This document shows positions 63,243 through 64,000 of a DNA stretch of 64,000 nt, in pieces. Every line of letters starts with the position of its first letter. Within the stretch, counting starts at the first letter, position 1. Position numbers and translations under genes: made by a program. Where the stretch lies: the NCBI GenBank assembly GCA_950097015.1, contig CATNEN010000003.1:10044001-10108000 (forward strand), written 5' to 3'. The notes beneath the pieces were generated by a model. It made no database searches, was not told the DNA's origin, and was given only the letters and a program-made list of their open reading frames with translations. Origin of the DNA: Macrostomum hystrix. Lineage: Eukaryota > Animalia > Platyhelminthes.

Positions 63243-64000
63243 ATGGCAGCTACTGTGCCGCTAAACAAAGAGGCCAACGAGGCTCCACCGCCTGCCTACC
63301 CGGGTTTTAGCAACGATCAGCAGCAGCAGCTTCCACCAGTTGCTATGGTAGCTAAGTCTAATGTCTCTGGTAATTACGCGAATACTAATGGCCAGGCTGG
63401 TGACTTAGAATCAGGCGAAGGAGCCAACGCCAGCACTGAAGCATTCTTTGTTCGCGGCCTAGACGATAAGAACATTAGGCGCGGCTTTATACGCAAAGTC
63501 TACCTAATCTTGTTTGCCCAATTGTTGGTCACATTCACCGTTGTCATCATCTTCTCGGCTGTTAAGCCAGTGAGAGATTTCGCCCGCTCAAATCTATGGC
63601 TATTCCATGTGTCCTACGGAATCTTTATCATTATGTACTTTGCTTTGGTCTGCATCACTCCGTTGCGGCGCAAATTCCCAGGAAATTTTATTTCCCTAGC
63701 CATATTTACGGCTAGTTTGTCATTTATGACTGGCGTTATTGCCTCAAGCTATCAGACCAATACTGTGGCTGTGTGCCTTGGTGTCACGGCCGCTGTCTGC
63801 CTTGGCGTTACACTGTTTGCTGTGCAGACTCGCTACGACTTCACAATGTGCAGCGGAATGCTTGTCGGCCTATGCATGGTTGTGATGTTGTTTGGCATCT
63901 CCTGCCTGATCACATTCTGTGTATATCGCGGCGATCCCAACTTCTCGATGACGGCTAAGATTCTCGACTGCGTGTACGGCGGCCTACTGGCCCTAGTGTT
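63243..64000 (+). CDS. Lifeguard / TMBIM (Bax inhibitor-1 superfamily) membrane protein, 3'-truncated by the window edge
   Basis: My translation from ATG 63243 gives PPPAYPG..., DDKNIRRGFIRKVYLILFAQLLVT, RRKFPGNFISLAIFT, LFAVQTRYDFT and YGGLLALV. It is absent from the ORF track because it has no stop in the window. Confidence 0.93.
   Translation, partial: MAATVPLNKEANEAPPPAYPGFSNDQQQQLPPVAMVAKSNVSGNYANTNGQAGDLESGEGANASTEAFFVRGLDDKNIRRGFIRKVYLILFAQLLVTFTVVIIFSAVKPVRDFARSNLWLFHVSYGIFIIMYFALVCITPLRRKFPGNFISLAIFTASLSFMTGVIASSYQTNTVAVCLGVTAAVCLGVTLFAVQTRYDFTMCSGMLVGLCMVVMLFGISCLITFCVYRGDPNFSMTAKILDCVYGGLLALV

Overview
This is eukaryotic, repeat-rich animal genomic DNA with GT-AG introns. The mix of minisatellites, SINEs and Helitrons resembles a Macrostomum-type flatworm, but that is an unverified impression. 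Conserved genes: first exon of a NEK kinase (-), a divergent 3-exon Rac-like GTPase (-), a 3-exon VTI1A SNARE (-), and a Lifeguard/TMBIM gene that runs off the right end (+). The most notable region is 14.2-37.1 kb, a four-member cluster of PARP-type ADP-ribosyltransferase genes (orientation + - + +), each pairing spectrin-repeat-like helices with a tankyrase-like catalytic domain. Copy 1 splices in frame into a 1279-aa protein: double zinc ribbons, a 15-aa Pro-rich VNTR, spectrin-like helices, a GGWRGHHHP repeat, a Cys/His motif and an H-Y-E PARP domain. Copy 2 has an intact H-Y-E domain. Copies 3 and 4 are pseudogenes carrying an intron that copies 1 and 2 lack. Mobile DNA includes a non-autonomous gypsy-like element with apparently identical LTRs, a solo LTR inside a satellite, two copies of a non-autonomous Helitron with nested hAT MITEs, several MITEs with TSDs, tRNA-derived SINEs, an RTE-like RT fragment, and an intact DD34D mariner with ~200-bp TIRs. 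There are three large tandem arrays (27-, 16- and 25-bp units). All calls were made by eye, with no database searches.
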